A stretch of 62,901 nucleotides of DNA, filler included, from Rhabdomonas costata (GCA_019059605.1; 19 parts of 19 records of this genome joined end to end with filler, not necessarily neighbours in it); one strand, 5' to 3'. Positions 33,245 through 47,075 are shown, counted from the first letter of the whole stretch. The notes: generated by a model from the letters alone, not told the origin. Program-made: numbers and translations.

Positions 33245-36121
33245 TTTGTTTTTTGCTTGGCGGTGTGCAGGAATTCTCCGTGCCCATTGAGGGACAGCCG
33301 GCCCCTGCGCAGGCCCACATCCAACTCACGGTGCGTGAGAAGAGTGCTCCACCGGCTGAGCCCCGTGGCATCACCACCCCTACCGGTGTGCGTTTATGTT
33401 CGGGTTTAAAGGGACCATTGCCCTGCTGTTATGAGAGGAAGCCCCACTCCCACCTTTACGTCGTCATTTGTACAGCGCCTTAGCGTTGCATGCACATGGA
33501 CTGGCACCGTGCAATTAGTAGATGTAGCAGATTTGGGTGCGGTGTAGATGAGGTTGTTTTGGTGCTTGGGTGTGGGGAGGCGAGTTTCGACAAGGGAGAC
33601 CGAGATGCTAGAGAGGCTAGAGATGCTAGAGAGGATAGAGTTCAACATTTCTTGTTTCGGGGAAGTTCACCAACATAAAGTGAGGATTACGAACTCCAAA
33701 GGTTGCCATTTGGAACTTCTAGCAATGTCGCAACAGAATGAAGGGACTATTAACGGGAGGAGCGGCAAACACAGCAAGCCTTAAAAAACCAATCACTGAA
33801 ACACGTGCGGAAATTCATCATGCATTTCCACTTGAATGCTTCTCCCTTCACTTACCACTCCCCAGCCTCTCCCCCCGTTACGCCCTTCTCTCTACACTGG
33901 ATCAAGTATGGTTTCTGATTTTGCGCGACTCTCGACTTTGATTAGCCCTTTGCCTTTGTGTTTGTGTGCCTTTCGCCCGCCTCCCAGCTCTCTGTCTCGT
34001 TTCCCTTTTTTCCTTCCTTTTCGCTCGCTCCCCCGTGAATGTTAGTGGTCCAGCTGTGTGCCCATTGCTGACATCCGGTATCGCTGAATTTTTTTTCGGA
34101 CTCACAAGAAAGAACGAGGACGAGAACGACGTTTCACCCCAACCTGGCTCTGTAATGTTGATAACTACCGCAGCTTACGGTGGTAGCACGCTGCCCAGGA
34201 CGCTTGCTGCCCATTTTCCTTGCAGCCGGGGGGAAACAGAGTGTCAAAATTAAAGTTTACTTCTCAGAAAGTTTTGGTTGTTTTGTCATGACACATAGCT
34301 GCGATGGAGAGGAGCAGCAGTGGGGTGGCCCACACCCCCAGCCGGATCTCCAACGGCAGCACTGTGGCTGCTGCCGCTGCTGCGGCTGTGGCGGCCGCCA
34401 GCAAATCTCCCCGGAAGGACCTTCCCTCGGCCGGGGGCACCCCCAGTAAGGCAGCCTCGGCCGCCGCTGTGGCCGCATCCGTGGGCCCAGTGGGGTTTCA
34501 GAAGGCGGAGATGTTCCGGGCCCTCCTGCTGGACCACTGCGGCACTCAGCTGCCGCCCCCCAACCCCGCCAAGGCCTTGACCAAGGTTATGCTGTTTCCA
34601 CTCTGTTTTATTCGCTGGGTTGGGGTTAGGATTCATGTTGAAGCTGGTTTCCCGCTGACCCATGAATTTTGATCTTCGGTCTTTTGGTTTTCTTCTCCCC
34701 CTGAACTCCAATCCTTTCCTCAAGAGATGTCCTCCCACGACTAGTATTCCTATGCGCGATCGGCTGGACAGGCACACGCATGCCTGCACCCAGTCTTTCG
34801 TTTCTGCTGTGCGAAATGTACGAATTGTGTTGACCCATTGAGTTCGTGGTGCCACTGAGCATTGCGTAACACGATGCACCTTTGTATTCAGTGTACCTGC
34901 GTTAAATGGTCATGAACCAGTTGGCGGCCGCAGCGGTCAGCTGAAACGGGGAGGTCGTCCGCGGTGAAGGTAGGCTCTTATCTGGTGAGGGACGACATAA
35001 GAGCAAAAAAGACAAGTGAATATTTGGGAGCTTCGCGGAGCGGGTACCTCCCCTCTCTTCCCCCGCTCAGATGTTTCGGAACTGCGCCAGCTGTCGTCTG
35101 TGTCGGTGAATGTGTGGTTTATGGGTGGGTTGGGTTGGTTTGGGCAGACCCTCGCCGTGGGGGACGAGGCAGTGCCCCTGCCGCAGGTCCTTGCGAGCAT
35201 CATCGACGAAGGCGCCTCGGAGGCGTGCGCTGAGCAAGACATCCGGGTGTCTGATCCGCGTGTTGCCTTTTCTCGGCCCTTCTAAAAACCTGTGCGTACT
35301 AGATGCACAGACACCGCAGTGAACGAGGCCAACTCTGTGGTTAGGTTTTGATCAACATCCAGGGACGCCTGCAGAGAATTATGTTCCTCAGTTAACGGGT
35401 GCACGTGAAAGAGTACGTGGGTCCCTTTCTGGAAGCTGAAGATTCAGCACCACAAACATCAGCAATTGCTCAGCGTCCAATGGTCCACGCCGAGAAGCAG
35501 AGAGAGAGGTTCAAAGGTGTTGTGTTCAAAAAGAAAAAGTGCAAGGAAAACTGTTGTGTGTGTGTGTGCAGGACGCTTGAAGACAACTTCTATTCGGATC
35601 CGTGCAATGTGTGGCTGGTGTGTCGTGGGCGGTGGGTGTTTGGAAACAGAAACCACGGGGACCGATGGTGCACAGGGACGTAGCAACCAAAAAACGAATC
35701 ATCCGCACGGACAGCTGGAGAAGAAGCAGAGCTCATCGTGTCCCTTATCTTGCGTGGTGGCGAGGCGTGGTGACGTGCCTCCTCCTTTTTATTTGTACGC
35801 CGTATTCACCATCCTCGGCCTTTGTCTTTTTCACCTCTACAAACACGGAAGGTTGCTGTACCATCATATTCCTTCAACCCACCACAAGCAAACACAAAAC
35901 TCCGTACCTCGGGCCGTGCGCAGGCCCAGCTGCTGTTCCAGCTGTTGAGCTTCTACGTGGGCAAGCTGCACCACGGGCCCCGGGTGGCAATCGATGTGGA
36001 CCGGGAGAACTTCAACAGCATGGCCAAGCTGCTGCGACTGCCCCAGAGCTTGCACGCCAAGGCCTTCCCTGACCTCGTCACTGCCCGCACCTGGATCTTC
36101 CGCTCCGTGGAGGCCTACGGG
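33245..36121 (+). CDS. Hypothetical protein, partial. Exons about 33245-33385, 34299-34585, 35148-35246, 35924-36121
   Basis: Four GC3-rich exons with GT-AG boundaries and consistent phases; Ala/Ser-rich linker. No family recognised. Confidence 0.6.
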
Positions 36122-39100
36122 GTGTGTGCCATGCCTTCCACTGTTTTTGTGACACCGATGCCGCTGATATTGAAACGTTTTGGATGATCGCAAAGGAGCA
36201 AAGCAGCGTCGTCCAACCATTTAGGTTGTTCTGGGCACCCGTCTCTCATCTTTTTTGTCTCTCCCTCTTTCGATACCTCTCCGCTCACCTTACCTCTTCA
36301 TCCCTCTTCCTCCGCATCGATAAAAAGACATCAGCCCATCCGAGATACCGACATTTTCCCCCCTTGCCTTGCCCTCTGCATGTTGTTGTCTGCTCACCGG
36401 CTATTTTCGTCGCTCTACAACTCGGACGTATCGGATGCAAACCCAACNNNNNNNNNNNNNNNNNNNNNNNNNNNNNNNNNNNNNNNNNNNNTTAATTAAT
36501 TAANNNNNNNNNNNNNNNNNNNNNNNNNNNNNNNNNNNNNNNNNNNNGCATCTTTTGCGTAAATATGCGTGTTGCATCTCTTGCGTACTGCGTGGGTGTG
36601 AGGTAAAAAAGTGCTGTACTAATATTAACGCAAATTTACCACCGTTAGGGAATGTTGGGGCACAGTCTCCAGTGAGAACCTGGCGGCGGCGGATTAGGAT
36701 TATCTATGTGAGGCCACCCTTTCTCCTGTGGGGATTGGCCCGATCTTCTTTTTCTGGTCTGCGTCTCTTTCCAGGAATGGCACACATCTCGCGACCATCT
36801 TTTCATCGTGTTTTTGCTTTTGTATGGGTGGGGCTCTCCACGTAAGCATCTGGGGGGTCGACAGGCAGACAGCGCTATCGGTGAGATCGAGAAGTCCGCG
36901 GCCAGATAGTCTGCCGCCTGCTCTTTCCGGGTGATCCCACCTTCAGCACCTTTGCCGCCTCGACGGCATCGAGCAGCGGCTGTCCAAAAACCTGAGCGCA
37001 CACCACAACACCACGACCACAACCACCCTGTGATAAATTATGACCGATGCATGAACAATAAATGACGCATCCGTGCATCTGTGCATGCTTGATTCTAATT
37101 GACTTGCCTCATTACGTGTTTCCTTCCCCCACCATATTGAAGAAAAGAATAAATAAAAAAGTACTTGTGGTGTGCTGCCGGCAGGTTTGCTTCTAAAAGC
37201 TTCATTAGTATTTTGAGTTGAGGAAATGAGTGCGACCAGTATCAACACATTCACACAGAACGAAACGAAAAAATCTATTACCTCGACAATGTCCGCCCTT
37301 CCGCCCAGCTTCACTGCATAGCTTGTGCAGGTGTGCAGGCGCAGGGTGGGATTGGCATTTGCCTCCCCCATCAAGTGACTCCAAGTATTCACCCACACGA
37401 CAGGGCGTGCGGTGCCCACCTCCACGGCAAAGTGGCTGAGCGAAAAAACCCCAGAGCATTGAGGGCAGGAGCCCTGGGCTTCTCAACACAATCCACCCCA
37501 TCCATCAAGTTCACTCACAAGCTGCACCCGTCATGCAAGCCTCACCATAACAACGCTTTCTACATCACTGTAAAACCACAAAGCAGCGATTTTGGTGAAA
37601 TATCCATCCGTCCGTCAGAAGCGTAATCCCACATACTCCTGCGAAACAGAGAAAGCTTGTAGGCAGGACCGAGTTTCCGATTGCTTCAGAAAAAAAATGC
37701 CCACGTCAACACCGATCAGGTACCATGTGAGCAGGGTCCACTACGTTGCTTTCGAAAAAATAAGAAGCCCAAACTTCGTTGAAATTACTTTGCTCTGAGA
37801 TTGAAATCGAGCCACTCCTGGCCTCGCCATTCCGCTTTTGTGTGTAACTGTGGCACCTGTAGGGCACTACCCTATCCATGGGGATGGGGTTGTGCTCGTC
37901 CCAGCCCTGGGACCCACTGTAGGTTCCCTGAAAGCTCACCTGCACAAAAATATCCACCGGAAGAGGACAAATCCAAGGCATCACGAAATCAGGAAAGAGA
38001 GTCCCCTCGAAGAAGGGGATGCAATACTTAAGATGTCTTGACGGTGGACGGCTGAGAAACAGAGCTCTGTTCCCCAAAGTTTTGTTGTTACTCCCTCCCA
38101 TCTCTATTATTTTCTTGATGTTCCACATCATGCTAATTTTTCACTCTGTTTAAGATGGACCTTCAGCAGCTCTCCTCTTGCTTTGCTCACTTGTTAACTA
38201 GTTGAATTGCCACGAGAGGTCACTTTCTCTTTTCGGTTGATGGCCTTTGAATTCTTTCGTGGTTTTGTATATAATGCACCTTTTGGACTCCGCAGCCCAA
38301 TTTCACCGCTACATTGCAGAGAGGGATGATGTTTTCTCCAAAACCCCCTTGGGGTCGGCAATGCATTTCCGAATGTCTGTTGCGAACTCTTTGTATACGT
38401 AACTTCCACTGGCAGGTGTTCAGAGACAATCGATCTTGCAGCAAACAACAACATCAGAGTAAAGAAAGTGAGGGGAGGAAATTGTATATGTAACTGTCTA
38501 CGTAGATTTGTGATGACCTGATTGCTGCCCTTTTTCGACATCCAAGGAAATTACAACCCTCTGACAAAAAACGAACAGACCTCAACGTAATTCCCGTCGA
38601 GATCCTTGAACAGCGAAAACGAACGAAGATCCTGCGCGAAAACACCACCACGCACACATCGGAGGGTGCATTCGCTTGCCGAGTGGAAATATTGCTGGCG
38701 AGGTTCGAAGCAAGTCACACCAAGGTGAAATAAGTCAACATGGGAAGAGCCAGGAAATTCCACCAGGACCCAAAGAATACGACACCTATGTCGCTTTCCC
38801 GAAAATACGCATATCACTTGTCTGCTCTGGAAAGTTGATGTCTGTGCGGTTCGGGTGAGCCTTTTGCCGCACACCTGAATTCCTGAATTTACTGGAGACA
38901 AACGACTGTCAATCCATCCAAAAAAAACGAACTTGCGTCTACACCAGCACGGCTCGCGCGGATAAAGTTCATACCGTGAACGAACAGACAAAATGCTCAC
39001 CCTTCGGAATGGTACATGCCTCGATAACGCCGTACAGAGGGTGCCTGAGGGCCTCGAGCAAGGGGTCCGAGGCAATCCACGATTTCTCGTGGGCGCAGTA

Positions 39101-39490
39101 GATCACCGTGATCTCGGTTCGTTCCAGGCTGTCGTCAAACCATACCTACCGGAGGAGAGAGTCCGGGGGTGGAAGGGGTCACGGAAACGGAAGTGCGATG
39201 AAATGGAGGGCGTAGCAACTTTCGACTTTCGCTACGACTTTCGCCCATTCCAGGCAGAAAAAGCACCACTACGCGCCATGTGCGACGGAGTTCAACCATC
39301 CAACCAAGTGTGGGCCAAACCGGTCAGCCAATTGTAAATGACCGTGCCCGGTCCTCCGACTCCGGGTCCAGAATGTCAGAATGTCACAATGCTCATGTGA
39401 GTGAAGTTATACAGCGAATTAGTGAATTTCCATTCCCCTAAACAAAAACAGAGTGTTGCGGCTTCTTGCATGTGGCCCCTGCCGCTTTTC

Positions 39491-39565
39491 GGGTTTTTTA
39501 GGGTTTGGGTTAGGGTTAGGTTACCCTAACCTAGCCCTAACCTAGCCCAAACCCTATTCCCCTAA
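39491..39565. repeat. Degenerate telomeric repeats in head-to-head (TTAGGG)n-(CCCTAA)n arrangement
   Basis: ttagggtttgggttagggttaggtt is directly followed by accctaacctagccctaacctagcccaaacccta. Confidence 0.8.
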
Positions 39566-40198
39566 TGGCTCTCCTTCACAGACCCTCTTCTCACGCCGAT
39601 CCCCCACCCTCCGTGAGCTGATTTGCGATTGCGTATTTCATTGCGGATCGCTTTGCTTTCCTGCTTTCCCGCAGTGTGTCAAAAACACAACAAAAGCCGT
39701 CGTCAGGGAAGAAGAAAGGCGGCACCAACCCACCAAAATTCACAACCACCCAACCNNNNNNNNNNNNNNNNNNNNNNNNNNNNNNNNNNNNNNNNNNNNT
39801 TAATTAATTAANNNNNNNNNNNNNNNNNNNNNNNNNNNNNNNNNNNNNNNNNNNNTGTGGTGTTTGTGGGGTGCGGTGCCAGGGATCGAAAATGGGGAGT
39901 AAAAATGACCGGCTGCAACCGCGGTGGGTCCCTCTCTGCAAAAGCTGTCTGGTGGGCGAAAATGTAACATGCTTAATGGAGCTAATGGCATTCGACACTC
40001 CTCAATACTATTACTGAAGCGAATAATGCCTGGCTGCTTGTTAGATAATTTTTGTTGGACACCTGGAATCACCTATATATCCAATATTTTGTTCTGACAC
40101 CAGTGATGTTACAGAGTTTTCCTCAGTTAAACTTTTCGCCTTTTTTTGTGTGAAGACTTCACACACTCACTTCCGAGTCGGTGACTTTGCTGCGTGGA

Positions 40199-41798
40199 AT
40201 GGAGGGGCGGGGATCTTCTTCTTCTCCTTCTCGCACCGATCGTCTGGGACGGCTCCGAAAGAATCGCCGCAACAAGTCCTCCACGGCCTGTGGTCAGGGA
40301 GACAGCCACGTCCCCTCAGAAGACCTGCAGGCCACGCTTGCACCAAGGTGAGGGGCGAAGTCAGGGGTTTGGTTTATGCTTTTCTTTTCTTCCCGCTTGG
40401 TGCTGACACACCTCTTGGCAACGCAAGATGGTCATTCTCGCAAAACAGTCGAAGCAGTTTGCGCACATCTTAATCAAAAACGAAGCTGAAAAGACAATAT
40501 GGCGCGCTCTCCCCTGTTGCTTAATGGCCTCTTGTGCTGTTGTGATGCATTGCCTTTTTCGCGGACCCTGAACACTCTGTGGGCAAATCTTCTCTTGAAC
40601 AGAAGAGGATAATTGCCGTTAAAAACCCATTGATGAGGGCAGTGCCGGAGCAGGCCCTAAGTTTTCTCTATGTACAGTGTGTGGCTCCCATTATTTTCTT
40701 TCGCAGTGATGCAAGCTATTCGGGATCCCTTCCCCGAGTCACGACTCCACTCAGTGCTTCACCGGAGCTCTCTCGGGAGGCTCGGGGCCTGCCGTGGAAG
40801 GCATCAGCCCTGCTGGCAAAGTTCGTCGGCTTCTACAATCCGCAATACCGGCCGCAGCTTCGGCAGGAGAAGCTGGACGTGGAGTTCACCTCGCGGGCTT
40901 TGCCTTGGACTTTGGAGAGGTGCGCTTACCATCTCACTCTGGGGGGGGGGGTGCCCGTCTAAGGACCGAGGGACTTCTATCAGTGTTAGACTTCGGGGTT
41001 GGATATCCCAGTTGAAATATTGGAGGGGTTTAGGCGTCGATGCATCGTCCAGAAGGTCATCTGGTAGGGGGAGTATTAAGTCCAGGCTTTGGGAGGTTAA
41101 ACGCCACAATTTCCCCCTCCTTTGCGCGTGTTATCCCAATTTTGGTCTCCATAAATGACACATACTGGCGTGTCATATACATCACACCCCTTGAAAGATT
41201 TCTCGCTGCGGGTGGGTCAGAGGTGGCTCCACCCTCTCCATCTCTCTGTGTGTCCATTCCGCACACCTTTCCGCACATCGCACAATCATACGCAAACACG
41301 AGCAATCAGCTGCCCTTGACTCAATCAAAATTTTTTTTGCAAGATTACTGCAAATGCCTCCCCAACTCACGACTTGAAAAGCCTCATTGGGTGCCGCACA
41401 AAACAGGAAGCGAATTTCTGGGATACACCAGACAAACTAGTGTTTGTCGAGGATAATGCTATGAGCACATCCGAAAGAAAGAAGCTTAGTAACAGCGACT
41501 TTTGCGCTTTTTTTTTTTACGCAGGGAGCAGCCTCCCCAAGTCCTCCCCATGGTCTCCGAGTCCCCACCATCGCGGTGCGGACACGTTCCACGGGGGGTG
41601 CCCCGGGTGCTTCCCCAGTCCTGCGGCGGGGCTGCGGAGGAGGACCCCTTTGAGTTTCACAAGCGGCGCACTGTAGATTTGGTGTTCCTACGTGAGAGCA
41701 CAGTGTACCGCCAGTGCGGGTTTGATGCGGCGGCAAGGTACAACTATCTCCGCCATGCCAGTCGTCCCGCCGGCTCACCTTCCGCCCCGCAGCGCTGA
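40199..41798 (+). CDS. Apparently complete three-exon hypothetical protein (40199-40347, 40707-40919, 41525-41798)
   Basis: ATG to TGA open frame after removing two phase-2 GT-AG introns (AG|GTGAGG and AG|GTGCGC) with polypyrimidine acceptors. Confidence 0.65.
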
Positions 41799-42287
41799 GG
41801 TTCTTCGAGCATGAAGTTCATGCCACTGCCACTTTTCCGAATTGGTCCAAATTGGCCCAAATTTTAAGTCCCCTTTGGCCCATATACTGCCCTTGAGCGA
41901 TTTTTCCCTTGTAGGGTTTTTCGCCTGAAAAGACCTACAATTTGTCTGATCCTATCGCAGCTGCCCACGCACATATCAAATTCTCGTTGGGTAGGGAGAC
42001 GACCCAACGAAGACCAAGGTTCAACACCCCCACACAAGTGGCAGCTCAAAAGTGCGCTTGATCCCCTTCTGAAAACCGGGCAACACATCGCAGCAACTAT
42101 AACGACTGTGGGATTCTCAGAGAGTGGGGCGAAGAACTTCTCGGCCGCTCATTGTGGAATCTGGGACGGAGTGAGGCGGCGGAAGCAGTCAGGTCAAGCC
42201 CACCACTCCCACGGTGTGGGCGCTGATTCTGCAAGATTCTTGGTAAAAAAGTTGGAGTTCTTCGAGGGTGGAGCACCGCTGCAACGT

Positions 42288-42973
42288 TTAGTGGGGAGAT
42301 GCTAGCGCGGACGGAATGCGGGGTTGGGAGGCAAGGGGGGCATACAGGGCAAGGCCCAACTTCAGCCAGCTGGCATCCCAAAGGGCGAACCCCAAGAACA
42401 GAGCCACGCAGGGCACCAGCCGCACTGCAATCCCAGGCACTGCCCCCACGCACGCACATGCATACAAACACGCAAGGAAGCTGCGAGCATGGAAACCACC
42501 TAAACGAAAAAGAAGAAAAGATGCACCAGCAAGTGTCCTGGAAGGTAAGGGTAAGGAAACTACGACACTAGATGTCGATGCTTGTTTCGGCAACTGGACA
42601 TGTGGGGTTTAAGCAAAAAAAAAAACGGTTGCAGAAGGGGCTAGATGGCATAGGTGGCGTTTCGGCAGATACCCTATGACAAAGAGTGAGGTTGTTTTAT
42701 TTACAATCGCGTTGCTGAGGGCTACACTTAGACTTTGACTGGCCGAGGCAGTTGAATCTTCAGTGTCTCACAACACAGCGATGTGCACGGGCTTTCCCCC
42801 ACGCTTCGCCCCTTGGACGTACCTAGGGCCAGGCCCCCCTTGCGGGCCTCGATGTCCTTCTCCATGAAGTCGGCCAGGTCGGACACCGTGCGGATCGATG
42901 GAATATCGACGTGCGTCTTGCGGCAGAACTCGGCAAAAGCGACATCCGCGGACATCACATGGGAGATCAGCCA
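42288..42973 (-). CDS. Hemerythrin-domain protein, C-terminus. Exons 42973-42823 and 42301-42288
   Basis: WLISHVMSADVAFAEF matches the last hemerythrin helix (W-L-x-x-H-x4-D-x-x-Y/F). Only this one helix is visible. Confidence 0.6.
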
Positions 42974-43899
42974 CTGAGATGACACATCAAGGGGCAGGAC
43001 ACCTTTATAAATTGCCCTGTCTGCACCTTGCTCATCAAAAGAAACCAGTATCCCACCCCCACCNNNNNNNNNNNNNNNNNNNNNNNNNNNNNNNNNNNNN
43101 NNNNNNNTTAATTAATTAANNNNNNNNNNNNNNNNNNNNNNNNNNNNNNNNNNNNNNNNNNNNGTGTGGGTGGGGAGAGAAGGGAAATGCAGAGAAAAGG
43201 TGTTGGGAGGGGGGTGCTATGAAAGAATCGGGTCAAATGAGCGAGGTATGTATGACGCATGCCCTGATTTGTTCATAGTGCTCTGCGGCCGGCGGACGAA
43301 GGGGCGTTTTTTTTCGCATTTTCACACCATCTTCCATCAAGATGACCATGAGGTCATCCATCAGGCTGGCCAGGCTGGCCAGCGTTTCTATTGGGATGGC
43401 CATAACCTTTCAGCTCCGACGGGGCTTAACTATCCAAAGGTATTTCTACGCATTTCTATGCTGGCATCGGAGCCCATCGGCTCGTGCTGACATTGGGGCA
43501 AAGTCCACCACCGGGTTGCCTTTATGACTGTCTGCAAGAGAAGGAAAAGCAGGTTACGGGTGCCGAGAACCCTCCATTTCACTTCATGTCCTCTAGCGAA
43601 TGGATTGTCAACCTTTTGCTGGCCTTTTGCTGGTCATTGCTTCAAAAGAAGGAAATAAGGACCTGAGGGTCGATCCCAGGTTTTCGGAACGACGGCCTTT
43701 GGTCCAGAAGCGATTCCGTTGCACTGTGTGACTTGTGTTGTCTGCACGTGCTTCTCACAAAAGGTGGACAAAAATCAGTGGTTGGGTGGTTCAAAGCTCA
43801 AAGTTTACTGATTCCAATGGACAAAACGAAAGGGTATGCTCAAGGGAGATCGGGGGAGATTCAGTGACACAAGGAGAGAAGGGTGGAGAGGTTGGACAC

Positions 43900-46238
43900 C
43901 AGAGGTGATGAGCTTTTCGTACTGCACACTGAGGTCCTGCGAAGAAGAGCGCACATATCCATCACAGCATTGCATCCTAATGCAGATTTCTGTCGCACGT
44001 TCTCTTCCGCTGTCCGCTGTCCGGTGTCGCCGTGGTTTTCAATTCATACATGGGTCATGGTAAGCGGCGAAAATAAAAAGGAACGTTTGTGCGTGTGTGC
44101 AATTGTGTGTGCTGGGGGTGCACCCGGAAGCTTTGGAGGCTCTGCTGTATGCCAGCGTTGTGCTTGTCCCAGTCTTCGAGCTTGAGCCCGGCGGTCCACT
44201 CCCTCTTGTGCACGTTGAGCAGCATCTTCTGCTCCAGCTCGTTCTTGCGGTAGCTGATGGCCATGCTGTAGTAGTGGCGGTTCAGCCCATGGATCAGGGC
44301 CTGGTGCAAAGCAGCGAGTGAGTGATTTGGGGGTATGCAGCAGAGGCAGGTGCCAGGTGCACGGGCATCCCGCCGTTCCACAAACTTACCCATAGCAACA
44401 CATGCCCCAATACCCGTCCCACACACGGACGCCACTCACTCATGCGGAATATCCTAGAAGTTGCAGTAACCAGAAAGGCGACAGGAGGACGATAACCAAA
44501 TGGGATAAGTCAAATTTTGGGTGCCAGCGAACACATTTCATAACTGATTTGAAACACATTTCATAACGACCATCACCGCCCATAATTGATCGAATGCTCG
44601 GGTGGGCAACGTGCCTACAAATTCATATGAACGAGGCTCGGTGTTGAATGACACTGGCTCATCTTGACCAGTGGGCATCATTGTATTGCAACGCATCTGG
44701 AGTGAAATTAGGAGCCAAGAAGGATGCAAGCAGTGACGGCGGCTACAATGCCCACCCTCTTCGAGCACGACCCTTCTGCGTTTCACTTGTATTTGCACCT
44801 GAATGGAGGGCTTGTTCAGGTGGCCCACGTTGGGGGTGGTCTGCCGAGGCTCCTGCCCGATCACCGCAGACTTCGGATCGATGCACCTGATACCACGGGA
44901 ATGCAAGAAAGCAAGGGCAAAACAAAACGGTACTGGCAGCGGACTGAAGTTGCCTTGCCTTTGGTCGAATCCCACGCCACCCTTTACAACATGAATTCCA
45001 TGAATCTTCTTGTTTTCCTGGTACCTCAAGCGGGCTGCTCCCCGGGAATAACAAATTTTCTCTTCCCTGAAAAGGGAGAGCAAAAACGGCCCTGAAGGAA
45101 ACGACCGGATTTCTCTTGGCACTGTAAACCAAAAACCACACACCGGAAGGCGTCGATGACCACTTTGCCTTTCACGCTCTGAATAGGGTCCACCACCACA
45201 GCAACGGCTCGAGCGTTGAGCTGCTCAAACGCCTGCACGCAGCCACACCAAGCTCACTTGAAGCATGACACTGAACCCCACCGCACTCGCATAACTAGCC
45301 AAAATGACCATGCCCGTGAATTAAAAGGCGAAGCCACAAAGGCCCCTGCAATTACATCGAATATCCTTTGTAACCATCTTTACAGAGAAAGCCGTCGAGC
45401 GACCGATAAAGTCAACTGGAAACAAAAACGCCCATGTGTTGTCCTGGTCGCGCCCAGGGACAAATCCACTGCCCAGTCACTAAGCATAAGGAGTTTCTTC
45501 TCAGTCACCCCCTCCTTCCATCACCCACTCGCCTGCTGGGTGTTGACGTCCACCCCAGAAAGCCAGCACCCGAAGCCTGGGTGGGAGTGGTACCACCCCA
45601 CGGCCATCTCCGGTCTGCGCACAGAGAAAGGAAACTAAACGGAAAAAGCAAGCGCAGCAGAAACGCCTGCGAACAATGGACGAACATTGTTCAGACCGGA
45701 ATATACCTCTGGGCGTGTGTGGGTCGAGGACATGGATGATGATTCCAAGGAGCATTGCAAAGTTTGACGTTTGTTTTGTTCCGCAAGGAATCATGTGCAC
45801 ACAAAGAAGAGGTTGCATACTGCAAAGTTCCACACACTGAAATTAACATCCCCTCACACACCTGAAGATGGTGCCTGGGGGTATGGAAAAGAAGTCACAT
45901 GGTGACATGAGGTGACATGCGCAGCGGGGTTGATATCATGCACAGTGCGTCGGGAAGGCCCAGAGCAGGTGAAGAACCGTGTGAAAAACGCCGGCGGTGG
46001 TGTTCCAGAAGGATCCAGGACCAGTGACCAACCTTCAAAAAGAAGCTGCCACAATTTCCGCGGCTTGTCCTTCAACAGACGGCATGAAAACACAAAGCAT
46101 GCTCCCTCTTCACGAATGAACACACCGGCCCACTTGTTTCAGCATGTCCATCATCTTCGTCTGAAACACCGGATCCACAGCCTCCACGCTCACCCCCGTC
46201 CCGCTCTGGGGCATGGCGAACACGTCAATGACTCGGAT
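43900..46238 (-). CDS. RPN11: 26S proteasome JAMM deubiquitinase Rpn11/PSMD14, internal part. Exons 46238-46126, 45614-45533, 45232-45144, 44886-44799, 44300-44124, 43936-43900
   Basis: [66 protein letters not shown] and [12 protein letters not shown] are near-invariant Rpn11 motifs. Confidence 0.99.
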
Positions 46239-46864
46239 CTAGGACCCACCCCCCAACCCATGATCCAGAGGAAGCACAAGAGGGGACAGACGAGAGAATA
46301 AAGACAGGACGGCCAAGCGGCATCCAAAATGATGATCACCACTTGCGGACCACAGGCGAACCCCCAACCACANNNNNNNNNNNNNNNNNNNNNNNNNNNN
46401 NNNNNNNNNNNNNNNNTTAATTAATTAANNNNNNNNNNNNNNNNNNNNNNNNNNNNNNNNNNNNNNNNNNNNTGTGGTTGTTTGTGGTGACAGCGACTCC
46501 ACAGGTGAGCCTGGGGGCCAGGCATTGGAAGGGAAGTGGTGCTGGAGGCAGGCTTGGTGTCAACTGTAGGACATAAGAGCGAGAAAAGGGAAGGGAGGTT
46601 GATTAGGTCAGCTGCATATTTTTTGTTGGTAGCATGGTACTGGTTCTTGCTTAGGGAGAGAGGAAACGGGGTAATGGGGCCGGAGATATCCACTTCGGGT
46701 GGCTCGGGGTATGGCGGGCGACTGATGTGAAGGAAATCCCGTGAGCTTGTTGTCCGGTTCCTCACTTGGTGCAATGAAAGTTGGTGTGGATTTTTTTCAA
46801 TTTTTCTAAAGGAGCACATTTTTATCAGCCCCCCCCCCCGGTCCCTGCCTCAGCCGCCCGCTCA

Positions 46865-47075
46865 TGCCTTCCGCGGCGTGGACTGGCATTCGCCTCTAAA
46901 CTAATGATGGCCCACTCTTCGACCATATCCCAGCCATTGGCGAGCCTTACCTAGCAGTAGTTTGAGCTGCTAAGCAAAAAAAAAACAGTCATCTAGAGAG
47001 CGCTGGCAAAGTTCACTAACCCCCTTACACAAAAACAAAGTCATTTCGAGCGCGCTGGCATATTTTACGTAACCG
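46865..47075 (+). repeat. Diverged internal copy of the 53463-53838 element
   Basis: Shares colinear blocks ccagccattggcgagcc and aaagttcac..acacaaaaa..aagtcatt..gag.g.g.tggca with 53560-53750. Confidence 0.8.

Noticed and set aside
33601-33640. Short tandem repeats (gagatgcta/gagaggcta; also gattgcg at about 49113-49148 and gctcagttagtta at about 9145-9170) as CRISPR-like arrays
   Set aside because: Units are tiny and contiguous with no spacers; ordinary intronic minisatellites.
38540-39340. Coding-looking stretch with 114- and 174-aa ORFs
   Set aside because: No recognisable motifs, exon structure or codon bias; may be a decayed element but cannot be supported.
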